Origin: Octopus vulgaris
Lineage: Eukaryota
Assembly (NCBI GenBank): GCA_951406725.2
Contig: OX597824.1
Span: 52,700,001-52,764,000 of the forward strand
Length of the DNA stretch: 64,000 nucleotides
Direction of reading: 5' to 3'
Every line of letters starts with the position of its first letter. The first letter of the stretch is position 1. Below, piece after piece: positions 41,189 through 55,956 of the stretch. The notes under the pieces were generated by a model. It did not search any database and was not told the origin of the DNA. It saw nothing but the letters and a program-made list of their open reading frames with translations. The position numbers were made by a program, and so were the translations under genes.

Positions 41189-42911
41189 TCAATTGCATTC
41201 ACCTTTAGTCCAGATTTCACCCCTGAATATATGCAAAGAGAAGATTCTTTCATTCATTTTCATCACACCAAAACACTTATAAATTCCTCTGACACAAGTC
41301 AGAATTACATTGTAAGTATATAATAATATAGAAAATAAAAATGCGTAAATGTTTGTATATAAATCCTTAAAAATGTTTTAGCCCAAAGGCCGCGGCCATG
41401 CTGGGGCACCATCGCATATATTTAAATATTTATATATTATTTATCTATCAACCACAACAAACCTGGTCTACTAAACAGACATAGCTATCATGTATAAATT
41501 ATCTTTAAAAACACTAGGAACCTCCTATTTTGTTCAATATTCAGTAAAATTAACATGAAATACAGATGTCTACTTATATTTGATACCTGTCTGCTGCAGT
41601 AACATTTCTAAAAGTTCTTGTGACTATTTCCTAAATCCAGATGAACTGAAACATAACCAATTGTCTTTCCAAGGTAGCTCTTGAAATGCCTGCCATGGAT
41701 ATGAAGCTGTGATACATTAGCTACAGGTTCACTAACTTCGAGTCAACCATTTTGTTTCTATGAATAAAATTTGTTTAATAAAAAATATCCATTAGGATAT
41801 TTGATGTTCTAAAACAATACTTAATGGACTCATACTGCCTTTATTCCTTTTTCACTAAAAGAATAGTGAATAGTGTCTCAACTTTTTGAAGATGATAACT
41901 AAGATACTATTAGAGTAACCATTGATGCTAATGTTTAAAATGTAAACATACGAACATATGACTAGACACAAAAATAACTGAAGATTCTAACTAAATTACT
42001 GTATTTAGAGAAATTATAAAATGCAACAGTTTTGGCTAAGATAATTCGTTGGTTTAAATTTTAGACTCATATCCTTAAATGCTCTTAAAATGACTATTTA
42101 TTCTAGAAACCTGTTCATTTCCCTAAGTCATTTGGATAGTTCATGTGTTTGTCAGACAGTGATAAGTACAAGCCTTAATTATTACATTTTGCACAGGTAT
42201 CAAAAGGAAGGTGAGTAGTAAATTAAAAAGATATTGAGTACACACAGTTATTCAACTAGTTCAAAACACTGACAGCCTTACCATCCTATAACACAATCTT
42301 GAAATCCTGCATTATATTCATTCATATGAGAAAAGCAATTGGTAATACAGCAAGATCCTAGTAGGAGAAACATTAATTACAAATACCCAAAACTCTATTT
42401 ACTTGGAAAAGTGGTCCAAGTTCACCACTCTCATATTTATTGTCTCATATTTTGGATAAAAAGTTCTGTCAAATGACCCATGCTCTCTAAAGTGTGGACA
42501 TATTCTTTTACTCTTTTACTTGTTTCAGTCATTTGACTGCGGCCATGCTGGAGCACCGCCTTTAGTTGAGCAAATCGACCCCAGGACTTATTCTTTGTAA
42601 GCCCAGTACTTATTCTATCAGTCTCTTTTGCCGAACCGCTAAGTGACGGGGACATAAACACACCAGCATCGGTTGTCAAGCAATGCTAGGGGGACAAACA
42701 GACGCACAAAACCACACACACACACACACATATATATATATACATATATACGACAGGCTTCTTTCAGTTTCCGTCTACCAAATCCACTCACAAGGCATTG
42801 GTCGGCCTGGGGCTATAGCAGAAGACACTTGCCCAAGATGCCACACAGTGGGACTGAACCCGGAACCATGTGGTTGGTTAGCAAGCTACTTACCAAACAG
42901 CCACTCCTGCG

Positions 42912-42948
<37 letters not shown>

Positions 42949-42966
42949 TTATATATATATATATAC

Positions 42967-43001
<35 letters not shown>

Positions 43002-44004
43002 TGTAAATAAATATAACTGCGCTTGCAAGGTGGATTTGAAAATTATAATGTATAAGTATATAGCATGTGTATTTTCAGGGCTATTTGCTGCATACATTAA
43101 TTTTAGCACCTTCAGGGAAGAAGTACGGATGACAAATTAATTTATTTTGCACATTGATACAGAAACTCAAGTCTGAAGATAACTATAAAAATATTTTTTA
43201 CTTTCATTCCCTTTGAAATTGATCTTATTCATGGTTTGGGCTTTAACTGCCCTTTCTAGCATGTAAGGTGTCCTGTTAGAGGTCACCTCTTTCGTGTATA
43301 AATACGTAAATTGTTTGTACAATATTATATATGAAAATATGTTGTCTATAGACTTTATTATGTATGCTAGCCACTGGTATGAAAGTTTTTCTAACTTTTC
43401 TACCCTTATTATTTTCACAGTATATATATTAATATTTCTAAATCTCTCTAAAGTAGACTATGGCAGTGGTACTGGATATTAATAGTTATCGCCAAGCTTA
43501 CATGGCAGTCCAGGAAAACAGGACAAATGCTGCCATTGATAAGCTCCAAGTGGCCATTGCCTCGAGCGAGCTATGTGACACACGGACCTGTGTCCATTAT
43601 AACATTCGAACAGGAGAGGTCAGCAGTTTCCCCTTGCTGGTTTTACATCTCCAGACTAGTTTCAGGGTAGTTGCCCCTTATCAATGTAGTGTAGCTGAAC
43701 TCAGCAGACGTCACTACTGACCATCTGTTTAAAGGAATTTAGGTAAATAAGCCTTCAAACAGACAGTCAGCAGTGACGCCTGCAAAGGTTGGCTACTCTA
43801 CGTTCATAAGGAGCAACTACCCTGAAACTAGTCTGTAAATGTCAAACTAGCAAGGGGAAGCTGCTGACCTCCCCTGTTTGAAGGCTATAATGGACACAGG
43901 TTCATGTGACACATAGCTAGCTAGAGGCAATGGCCGCTTCGAGCTAATCAACGGCAGCATTCATCCTATTTTTCTGGACTACAATGTTAGCTTCGTGATA
44001 ACTA

Positions 44005-44071
<67 letters not shown>

Positions 44072-44275
44072 GTATATGTATATGTATATATGTATGTGGT
44101 GTGTATATATGTATCATCATCATCATCATTTAACGTTCGCCTTCTATGCTAGCATGGATGGGATAACCCATGCCAGCATGGAAAACATGTGTTAAACGAT
44201 GATGATGATGATGATGATATATATATATATAATATATATATGAGTATATGTGTGTGTGTATATATGTGTATATAT

Positions 44276-44355
<80 letters not shown>

Positions 44356-44565
44356 GTATATGTATATGTATATATTCTTTTATTTGTTTCAGTCATTTGA
44401 CTGCAGCCATGCTGGAGCACCGCCTTTAGTCAAACAAATCGACCCCAGGACTTATTCTTTGTAAGCCTAGTACTTATGCTATTGGTTCCTATTGCTGAAC
44501 TGCTAAGTTACAGGGATGTAAACACACCAACATCGATTGTCAAGCTATGGTGGGAGTGACAAACA

Positions 44566-44603
<38 letters not shown>

Positions 44604-44761
44604 ACAGGCTTCTTTCAGTTTCTGTCTACCAAATCCACTCACAAGGCTTTGGTCGGCCCAAGGCTATAGTAGAAGGCCCTTGCCCAAGTTTCCTCACAGT
44701 AGGACAGAACCCAAAACAATGTAGTGGGTAAGCAAGCTTACCACACAGCTACTCCAGTGCC

Positions 44762-44801
<40 letters not shown>

Positions 44802-45362
44802 TGAGTGTATTTTACCTTGTTAACAATTAACACGGATAAATGAATGAATAGTTACCAGGGCAGCAAAAATCTCACAAGTAAAGATGTTGTAACTCCTTGT
44901 TTATAAAGACATTCTGTCTTCTCTGCAATTCTGAGCTATTTTTCATTATTTTTTCTAAAAATACTCTAGTAAACACAGTTATAGAACGAGCATACAGATG
45001 TAAGCATTGGCAGAAACATACTTTTAGTGCATATAAGTAGTCTCTATCATTATATATAGTTTAGACTTTAATTTCCTTTATATTTAACATTCACTATTAA
45101 TATCCCTACTCTTTCTGTTAGCTACTTATGACGTTATATCATATAACGTTTTTTTAAACAATATTAATAGCGTTCTGTCTATCACTATACGAATCCATCA
45201 TTTTTTGCTAAAATGTCGTATTGACAAGTTTCGTTTTTTCACTTTCCCGAAGAGAAGATTGCATTGTTTATACCTTTTATTCTTTTGAATAAGTATCAGT
45301 GGAATTTTTGAAACATATGTAGAAAGTAAAAATACTTGTTTAAACCTGCGTTAACTCCATTT

Positions 45363-45400
<38 letters not shown>

Positions 45401-45480
45401 GCATGTAAATATATATCGTATGTATATCTTTCTATCTACCGATCTGTTTATCTATATATCTGTTTTTATATATATCTATA

Positions 45481-45559
<79 letters not shown>

Positions 45560-46399
45560 GATTTATCATTCCTATTCAAACAAACAATTGCTTACATATT
45601 TTTGTGCATTATTTTATTAATAATATCCATTACAGGTGAATATACCTCAATTTAATGAATCAACCCCAAGACTTATTCTTTGTAAGCCTAGCACTTATTC
45701 TATTAGTCTCTTTTACTGAACTATTAAGTCATTCATTTCTTTCTCCATGAGAAGTTCTTCACTTAGACAGGCTTTATTTTTAATAGGAGGCCACATATCC
45801 TCCTCAACCAGGAAACATAAGGGAGGTGCTGTTTAGTTTCTGACCAGTCAATCATGAGATTACTCACTTGATATAGCTATAAGATAGGACACAGTTCATT
45901 GCTAAAATAACAATGTCTCATTAACCTATATTATTAAGGAATTCAAATTTCTTGTGCATTGTTCCCCAAGAGAATACTGTAACTGTTTGATATTAACAGA
46001 GCAATGATCTTTCTACATATGTTGTTTACATGTAAGTATGTTATGTAATCTTACAGGAGAACGAACGTTGGTTTTCAATGAATACATACAATATTTGAGT
46101 ATGGACAGTAACGAAATAACTGAATCATGAAGAAAATAAGATTTTTGGAAAAAATCAATCATTTCCTTCCCTTTATGACAAAATGTCATCAGCAAACCTT
46201 ATATTCTGGCATTGAAATAAGTTAACTAGTATAATAGACCTATTCCTTTTAAGTGCCGAAGACATAAAATATCAGAGAATAGTCAGTGAATATTCTGTTT
46301 GAACCATCACTCGGACTATTCAATTAATCTGCATAGAAATGTGATAAAACACACTGTAAACCTTGGCATATACAGCACCAAACATTTTATATTATATTC

Positions 46400-46440
<41 letters not shown>

Positions 46441-47222
46441 ACACACACACACTCACACACACACATATGCACATGGAACATGAACATAAACGCATAAAAA
46501 CAACAAACATAAAAATTACACAACCAGATATTATAAAGAAACATTATAACTTTGTGACTATATTCACTTTGAAATGCTTTATGCTGACATGAATAAAATA
46601 TTGAAAGAAATAGATAGTTAATGCTTCATTTTTTTTTCTTTTAGTTAGTTGTTGTTTCATATTTTTTTGTTTTTTATTTTTCAACTTTTCCTTTCATGTA
46701 TTTTCATACATATTGTATTTTTCCTGTACTGAACACAGTACTTTGTTCCTTTACTATGGCTAAATAAGCATTGACTATAAGAATTATGGATAAAATTCAC
46801 AGAAATACTTATCACAAACTTCAAGTTTGGATTTAGAATATTAAAGGAGACCACTTTACATATTGTTTGGACACATACACAAAGCTGTACACATACCTTA
46901 TAAGCATGTGTGTTTGTGTGTGTATGTGTACATACATATATTTTATATGCAAACGAGGCATACACACATACGTGTGTGTGTCTATATATGTGTGTATACA
47001 TACATATATTGTATATGCAAACAATATAGATTTTATATGCAAACACCACACACATGCGTGTGAGTTTGTGTGTGTGTGTGTGTGTAGTGGACATCATAAG
47101 AATTTAGAAACTTGGAGATGTATGAAATAATTTGTATTTAACAGTGAAACTCAGAGCAGATATAGTCAATGATAGTTAATAAATATTGGGTTTAAAAACA
47201 CTGAATGTTTTATCTACCATTA

Positions 47223-47256
<34 letters not shown>

Positions 47257-47514
47257 AAGAGTCAACAGATGAGATTCAGAGAGCTTTGTTTTATCTCTAT
47301 TTACATGTATGTATGTATGTATGTATGTATGTATGTATGTATGTATGTATGTATGTATGTATGTATGTATGTATGTATGTATGTATGTATGTATGTATGT
47401 ATGTATGTATGTATGTATGTATGTATGTATGAATGCATGCATGCATGTATGTATATTTTGAATATCTAGCCCAAGTAGTTTTATTTGTTTATTTGCATCA
47501 TCATCTCCCCCCCC

Positions 47515-47582
<68 letters not shown>

Positions 47583-47733
47583 GTATATATATGTATATAT
47601 ATGTATGTATATATATATATATATACATATATATACATATATATATATACATACATACATATACATACATACATACATACATACATACATACATACATAC
47701 ATACATACATACATACATACATACATACATACA

Positions 47734-47766
<33 letters not shown>

Positions 47767-48183
47767 GCATGTATATAGCTATAGATATATAAATAATCCT
47801 CCTCATCATCCATTTTTCCATGTGCTCCCATAGGTCGCTCAGAATATGGGTGATGCATTTTTATATATGGATGTGTATTAGAAATAGATAGTGAATACTT
47901 TCATTTTCCTTTCCTTTCTCTTTTGCTTGTCGCTTTATATATTCTATTCTTTGTCTTTTTCTTTCATTTATTGTCATGCATATTATATATTTTCCTGTAC
48001 CAAACATGGTGAGCTGGTCTTTTCTTGCAGCTAAATAAATGTTGACTGTGAGAACTGTGGATAAAATTCATGGAGATATACATTTCATTTTCTGTACAAT
48101 ATGTACACATTTAGAAATAAAACTCATAATCTTATCATCACAAGCCAAATGCTCTAACCACTAGCTTGCATGCTTTCGTACAC

Positions 48184-48238
<55 letters not shown>

Positions 48239-49355
48239 AATTTTTCATTCGAAGTATACGTCTCGCTTTTATCCTTCGAAACGTTTAGTAGATGAAACTT
48301 TAGCGACTGAAGAAGGGGATTTTTCGTTGTGCTTATTGTCCTGTATCTCCTTTTTTTTTTTGCTTGTCTTGTTCCTTGGTTTGTGTCTATGTTTTTCGTC
48401 TCTCTATGTGTTCGACGTCCTTTTGGTGTCCTGTACACATATATGCGTGTATATGTACATGTAGAGGTAGGTACGTACATATATGTTTATATATATGCAT
48501 ATATTTTATTAACATATTATACGACTAAACGCACGCACCCTATTAAGTAAGATTGTTCTGTTTATCAAGTTCGCCTTGATATTAACTCTCACGCGACTCT
48601 GCATCTTTCTTTCTTTCTCTCCCATTCCCTTTTTCGTCTTTTTTCCCTCACTTAACTTGTCTCTTCCTCTCTCTCTCTCCCCCTCACTGTTCTTCATGGT
48701 CTCCTCGCACCATTCCCCTTCTTCTCTCTCTTCCTCTTGCTCCTCCTCCCCCATTCCCGTCGTCCATCTGCGACGTACTTCCGTCGTAACTGCTATCCCG
48801 TCCTTTCTCGCCTGCCTTCTAAGGCCACTGGTCGACATCTTCCTCTCTCGTCGTCCACTATAATCCAGCGTTTGCAATACTTTTTTCGTCTGGCGTTAAC
48901 AGCCCTTCTTATCTTGTTCTCCTTGTCCTGTCTCTCACTGTTATATATTTATTTTTCCACTGTTTATATATATATTTTTTACTGTTTATATGTTTGTACT
49001 GTCGTTACCGTCTTGCTTTTTTTTACCCCTCTGCGACAAGATCTCAGAATTTTAATTGATTTGCTTTTCGCAGGAAGGAATTTTTCATTCGAAGTATACG
49101 TCTCGCTTTTATCCTTCGAAACGTTTAGTAGATGAAACTTTAGCGACTGAAGAAGGGGATTTTTCGTTGTGCTTATTGTCCTGTATCTCCTTTTTTTTTT
49201 TTTGCTTGTCTTGTTCCTTGGTTTGTGTCTATGTTTTTCGTCTCTCTATGTGTTCGACGTCCTTTTGGTGTCCTGTACACATATATGCGTGTATATGTAC
49301 ATGTAGAGGTAGGTACGTACATATATGTTTATATATATGCATATATTTTATTAAC

Positions 49356-49401
<46 letters not shown>

Positions 49402-49404
49402 ATG

Positions 49405-49437
<33 letters not shown>

Positions 49438-49474
49438 ATGTATATATATATATATATATATATGTGTGTATGTA

Positions 49475-49519
<45 letters not shown>

Positions 49520-50966
49520 TCAACCCATAAATATTGTGTTTTTTTCAATTGCATGAACTAAAAGTTGGAAGGGAACAGGATAAACTACCCACATGAACTT
49601 GCTATAAGAGCAGGTAGTAATTTTACCATGTCTTTATACTTACTGCAAGTTTTGAAGAGGGCAGTTCAATTTTCACAGTTGTTTTTTTAAAGCTATGGAA
49701 GTGACAAAGAAGCATATTCAGCAACAACACAATGGAATCTGTGAGGAATATTCATGTACTGTCAACGGTGGTTCCAGAAATTCTGAGCCAGAAACTACAA
49801 CCTAGAAGATGAGCCTTGTCCTGGAAGATCTGTAGAATTCGATGCGAACATCCTGCAAACCCTGGTAGAACAAAATCCCATCATAACTGTTGAGAAACTA
49901 GCAGATAAGCTTGGATTTGGTTATTCAACCATTCATCAACACCTGCGTACCACTGGAAAAGTTAGCAAATTGGGTCAATGGGTTCCTCACAAATTTTCCG
50001 AGTCTAATTACGCACAGAGAGTGAATGTGTACTCTTCTGTGTTGTCATGTCACATGAATGGACCTTTTTTACCAAATAGTGACTGGTGAGGAGAAATGGG
50101 TTCTCTATAAAAATGTCAAGTGCTGAAGACAGTGGGTAGGGAAAGGAGAAACACTGGCACCCCAAGCTTAAGAATGTCATCTCCCACATAAGGTGCTGTT
50201 ATCTGTTTGGTGGCATATGGAATATGAAAGGTTTAGTCCACTTTGAACTTTTAAACACAAACCAAACAATAACAAAGGAGATCTACTCTGAGCAGCTTGA
50301 GCAGCTTAAGTCAGTGCTAGAAGATGAACTATCATCTTTAGTTTCAAGACAAAAAGTGTACTTCCATCAGGATAATGCTCGGTCACATACAGAGAGGATG
50401 ACATTCCAAAGGCTGGAGCAGTTTGAATGGGAAATGATACCTCACCCACCATATTCGCCAGACATTACCCCACCTGATTATCATTTATTCTGCAGTCTTC
50501 AAAATCATTGGATGGAAAAAATATGAATTCTGTAGACAAGGTGAAAATAGTAGTAGAGGAGTATTTTTCATCACAGACAAGTGAATTTTTGAAGAGTGTG
50601 GTTCTTGTAAGTCAACCCGATAGTGGGAAAAGCATTGTAGAAAATGAAGGAAAGTATATTTTAGATTAAAAAAGAACTTTTAGATTAAAAAAGAAGTGGT
50701 TGGCATTTGGAAGAGCATTCAGCTGTATAAACTATGCCAAAACTGACCTTGCCTGTGTTTGTGCCATGTAAAAATACTCTGTCAACTCTGCTGGGTGGCT
50801 GGTGTTAGGAAAGGTATCCAGTTGTAAAAACTGTGTCAAAACAGACTCAGAAATCTGGCACAAGCAACTGCCTGGCTAGCTCCTGTCAAACCATCCAACC
50901 CATGCAAGCATGGAAGGTGGACGTTAAATGGTGATGATGATGATGATGATGATGATATGTATGTAC

Positions 50967-51040
<74 letters not shown>

Positions 51041-51199
51041 GTAGTAGAGCTTAATTTTCTGTTATAATTGATGGATATAAAAAGTTATTTAAAAGATCAC
51101 AGATATGAAAGATTTAAATGTTTGTGGATATAAAAAGTAGATATAGAAGTAGATAGGTCTGTAGATGGATAGACAGACATATAAATAGATCAATTGACT

Positions 51200-51240
<41 letters not shown>

Positions 51241-51599
51241 ATTGATACATACATACATACATACATACATACATACATACATGAATAGAAGCACTCATAA
51301 TTTCCACATAAGTAGTGATGTAGACTGCCTCTGCCTAAAATGTAAACAAGGTGGCAGAGGCTTAACATCAATCCAAAATGCCTTTGAATGTTGTATAATA
51401 TCTCTTCGGAAACATCTTTTAAACACCAAGTGTCGAAGTCCATCCCTTGGCCAAGTTTGCATACAGGAGGCTGATAACATGGTAAGGCTTGGAAGGCACC
51501 TCCCTGAACAACATTTTTGTCTGATAAGCTAGAATACATTCCCAAATAAGTCACACAACTCTACCGCAATGTATCATCAGATGAAAGAATGAACCTCTA

Positions 51600-51636
<37 letters not shown>

Positions 51637-51994
51637 ACACACATACAAACACATGCACGCTCTCACATACACACACACCTCCCTTCTAGATTTAAATCTC
51701 TGTGAACACAAAAACATTTTGACAATTCCAGTTCCTTAAAAATAGATGTGCAGAGGTGAAAGTAAACCATAAAGGAGAAAGTTAATTCGAAGACTACAGA
51801 TCCAATCCATTACTGGAACTGTAAAAACCTGTAAAACTTCCCAGAAGTTTATCATTTAAATATATATGAGCATGTCCAGATATGCAATTATATTCATGAG
51901 AATACATACATAAAGCAAAACATACAAATTGGCACATATACATACATACATTCATGCATACATACATACATACATACATACATACATACATACA

Positions 51995-52028
<34 letters not shown>

Positions 52029-52174
52029 CATACATACAAAAATGCCCTGTTGTTGATATTGAAATTCCAATGAAGGAGCCTTGAATCTAGGTTAAAAACT
52101 GGCTCTTTCTCTATTGGCAAGAAATCTTGAAATAAAACTAAACAATGACATAAATGGATAGGTAGGTGGATGTG

Positions 52175-52208
<34 letters not shown>

Positions 52209-53077
52209 CACATTCTTTTATTCTTTCACTTGTTTCCGTCATTTGACTGTGGCCATGCTGAAACACTGCCTTAAAGGGTTTTAGTCAAAGAAATCGATCC
52301 CAGAACTTATTCTTTTTTATAAGCCTAATACCTACTATATCAGTCTCTTTTGCCAAACTTCTAAGTTATGGGGACATAAACACATCAACATCGGTTGTCA
52401 AGTCAAGTGATGGTGGGTGACAAACAGACAAAAAGACACACACATAAATACATGCATACATATAAGTAACAAGGATGTCCAGGTGTCAATGCATTACGGC
52501 CACTTCAAGCAGCTCCATTTAATCAATCAATGTAAACATTACATCAATTTGAAAGAAACCTCTCTCCTCAGTTGCAGATGACCATATAGATTTCCAACAT
52601 AAAGGATAAACCATTTTTAGCATTTATAGCAAATTTATATTAGTACTAGAACAAAAAATAATAATTACATTGTTTCCTTATGTCATATTTGTAGCGGAAT
52701 GAATTCAGAGATATTTTAGAGAGTAGCAGAGGAAAATAATAGCTGGTGTGTGTATGGGGGAGTGGTATAGGAGTGGTGAGACAGTTATCTATTTTTATTT
52801 ATTTATAAGATTTTATGCAGCATATAGTCTTCAACCATTTAGAATTAAATCCATTGTGAGTTGTCAGCTATGTTCCAGTTGATGGTGACAAATTAATTAA
52901 TGTCAGACAACCTCCTAGACCCTTATTTTAATGGGACCATATATCTAGCTTTATTTACATAAAAGGATATGTCTCAGAGCTGCTAGAGAGAGAATGACTG
53001 ATGGGAAAGAGGTGATAACTAGAAGGAAGGAAGGATAGGGGTTACTAGTCCTTATTTAGATTATCAAATAAAAGGGG

Positions 53078-53136
<59 letters not shown>

Positions 53137-55147
53137 AAGAGAGAGGAAGAGGGAGGGAGAGAGAGGGGAGAGGGAAGGAGAGAGAGGGGGATAGAAAGAG
53201 TAGAAAATATAATTTATTTACAAGTAAATTTTGGGCAGCAATATTGTCACATCATTATAATTTAACATTTTCTTCTTTGTTGCTATTGTAATTATATACA
53301 TATAATTATTATCTCTCACTCCTTCAATCTCTCTCACTCACTTTTTCTCTCCTTCTCTCTCTCACACACAACACACATACAAATACATGCACACACTCAC
53401 ATACACACACACCTCCCTTCTAGATTTACAGCTCTGTGAACACAAAAACATTTTGACAATTCCAGTTCCTAAAAATAGATGTGCAGAGATGAAAGCAAAA
53501 TTGTTTGTTGGAAATTTCTGTGAACATAAATTAAACATGAAAATTAGACAGTGAAAAACATTTTACAAACTCATTTTAATAGCATGGCTACTACCTATAC
53601 CATTAGCACATTTGCATTGCCATACTTAGATTCCAATGGCCATACTACAGTAAGTCTGACACCCAACAATTAGGGAACTGTTAAGTGTCAAGGAGCATTG
53701 TAAGGGGCAGTAATAATTGTTGTCCACTTTCTTTCTAATTTACAAGATGGCCTGCTACATTTTCATGTAGTCTATGATTTACAAATACAAGCAAAATGAT
53801 TTTCACTGCATCAAAATTCTTACAAGAAACTAGATAGAGTTCCAAAGAAGAAAGATCTAAACCTAAGACAGCAACAAAATAAACAAAGATACATGTGTAT
53901 AACCATAGCAAACAAACATAAAGGCATGCCTTTACATGTTCAAACATCTACAAAATATATGCTCTGTATATCAATAAAAAGAGTAACAAATCCAGCTTGA
54001 GTGCAACAATAGCACCAAATATCATAATTCAAGAAGAGATTATCTCCACAAGATATACTGAAAGCAATAAATACGATTGCTACAGTGTAATTTAGAAATG
54101 TCACTTGTGTTGTGTGCTTTCTTAATCAATAGGTTTCATTATATCATGGCACCTTACACTGGCTCCACAAAGCTGCACTACAAATGCCCCCTCCCCAACC
54201 TCAACTCTTTCTACAAACATTTTGTGCTACACATATGAAACACATGGCAATATGAAGTTAGTATGGAACTCTAATTTGCAGACTGACTGCTAGTAGATTA
54301 TAAGTACAATATCTTTTCCATAACAATAGAATACAATATCTTTTCCATAACAATAGAGCACTAATTATTGATATAGCAATTTCAAATGACTATAGTGTTT
54401 TACAGAAAACAGATAAAAAAATTATATCAATCACAAGCTTGAGTAAAAACATTATAGTAGTTGAAGAATGTGTACATCATTTCACTTGTAATTAGAGCAA
54501 CTGGAATGATACATAACCAATAGTTTCAAGATATTGATAACTTTACCTCTGAAGATAGACAATGACACATTCCAGAAAATAGCAAAAGAATGAACTGTAA
54601 ACATTTTTATATAAATATGTTGACCTTAATATTTTGAAGAAAGGAAACTCTTGATTTGTCTTTGACCATGAAATAATAAAGATAATGCTAATAATGGTTT
54701 CAAAATTTGACACAAGGCAAGCAATTTTGAGAAAAGGGGAAATTTGAATACATGATCCTAGTGCTCAACTGGTACTTATTATATCAGCCTCAAATGAAAG
54801 GCACAGTCTACCTCTGTGTAATTTGAACTCAACATAATGAATCAGAAGAAATATCACCAACCATTTTGGTCATTGCACTAATTATTGTGCCTGTTCAGCT
54901 CTTCATTAATAATAATAATAATTTTTTCTACTATAGGCACAAGGCCTGAAAATTTGCAGGAGTGAGAAAGTTGATTACGTGAACCAAAATGCTCAACTGG
55001 TACCTATTTCATCAACATTGAAAGAATGAAAGGCAAAGTCAACCTCAGTGGCATCTGATTTCAGTACATAAACCTTGAAGAAATACCACTAGACATTTTG
55101 CCCAATGCATTAATGACACTGTCAGCTCACCACCTTTAATATTGATG

Positions 55148-55228
<81 letters not shown>

Positions 55229-55841
55229 TAATAATAATATAACCTGGATTTGCCCCATGAAAAAACTGGTGGGAACACAAACCACCTCCAGTGCTTGAAA
55301 ATGACCACATCTCACTCCTCTGGAACTTCACCATTCAAACTGACAGAAAGATAGATGCAAATAGGCCAGACATCATATTGAAAGACTTCAGACAAAGAAC
55401 ATGCCTCCTCATTGATATGACTGTCCCAATCGATATAAACGTATCTGTCAAGACCTACCAAAAACTGAGAAAATATAAAGATCTTGAAATAGAAATCAGC
55501 AAAATGTGGAACCTGAAGACTAAAACAATACCTTTTGTCATAGGTGCCCTAGGAATGATAGCGAATGGGGCTGATTGCTACCTAAGTCAGATACCAGGAA
55601 ACCCCAAAATGGCAGAAATTCATAAGAACTGCTCAAAATACTTTCTATGTAATCTCAGGGTTTAAAACAAACATAATTTTCGTATGGTTTTTTAGACATT
55701 CACTAGTACAACACCAAAAGAAAAAACCAAATATATGACACACTAGGCATAACAACATGAACTTCCGACCTGTTATCTCTTGAGGTCTCTAGATGAGACT
55801 TGGAACCAACTTGTACAAATATAAAGCAAAAGTCAAACATA

Positions 55842-55904
<63 letters not shown>

Positions 55905-55924
55905 TAATAATGATGATAATGATA

Positions 55925-55956
<32 letters not shown>

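Noticed and set aside
43460-43720. 86-aa ORF across the left palindrome arm
   Set aside because: No recognisable domain; best explained as a chance ORF in GC-richer repeat sequence.
54305-54357. 27-bp tandem duplication (and a 19-bp one at ~50659-50696)
   Set aside because: Ordinary slippage duplications with no further structure.
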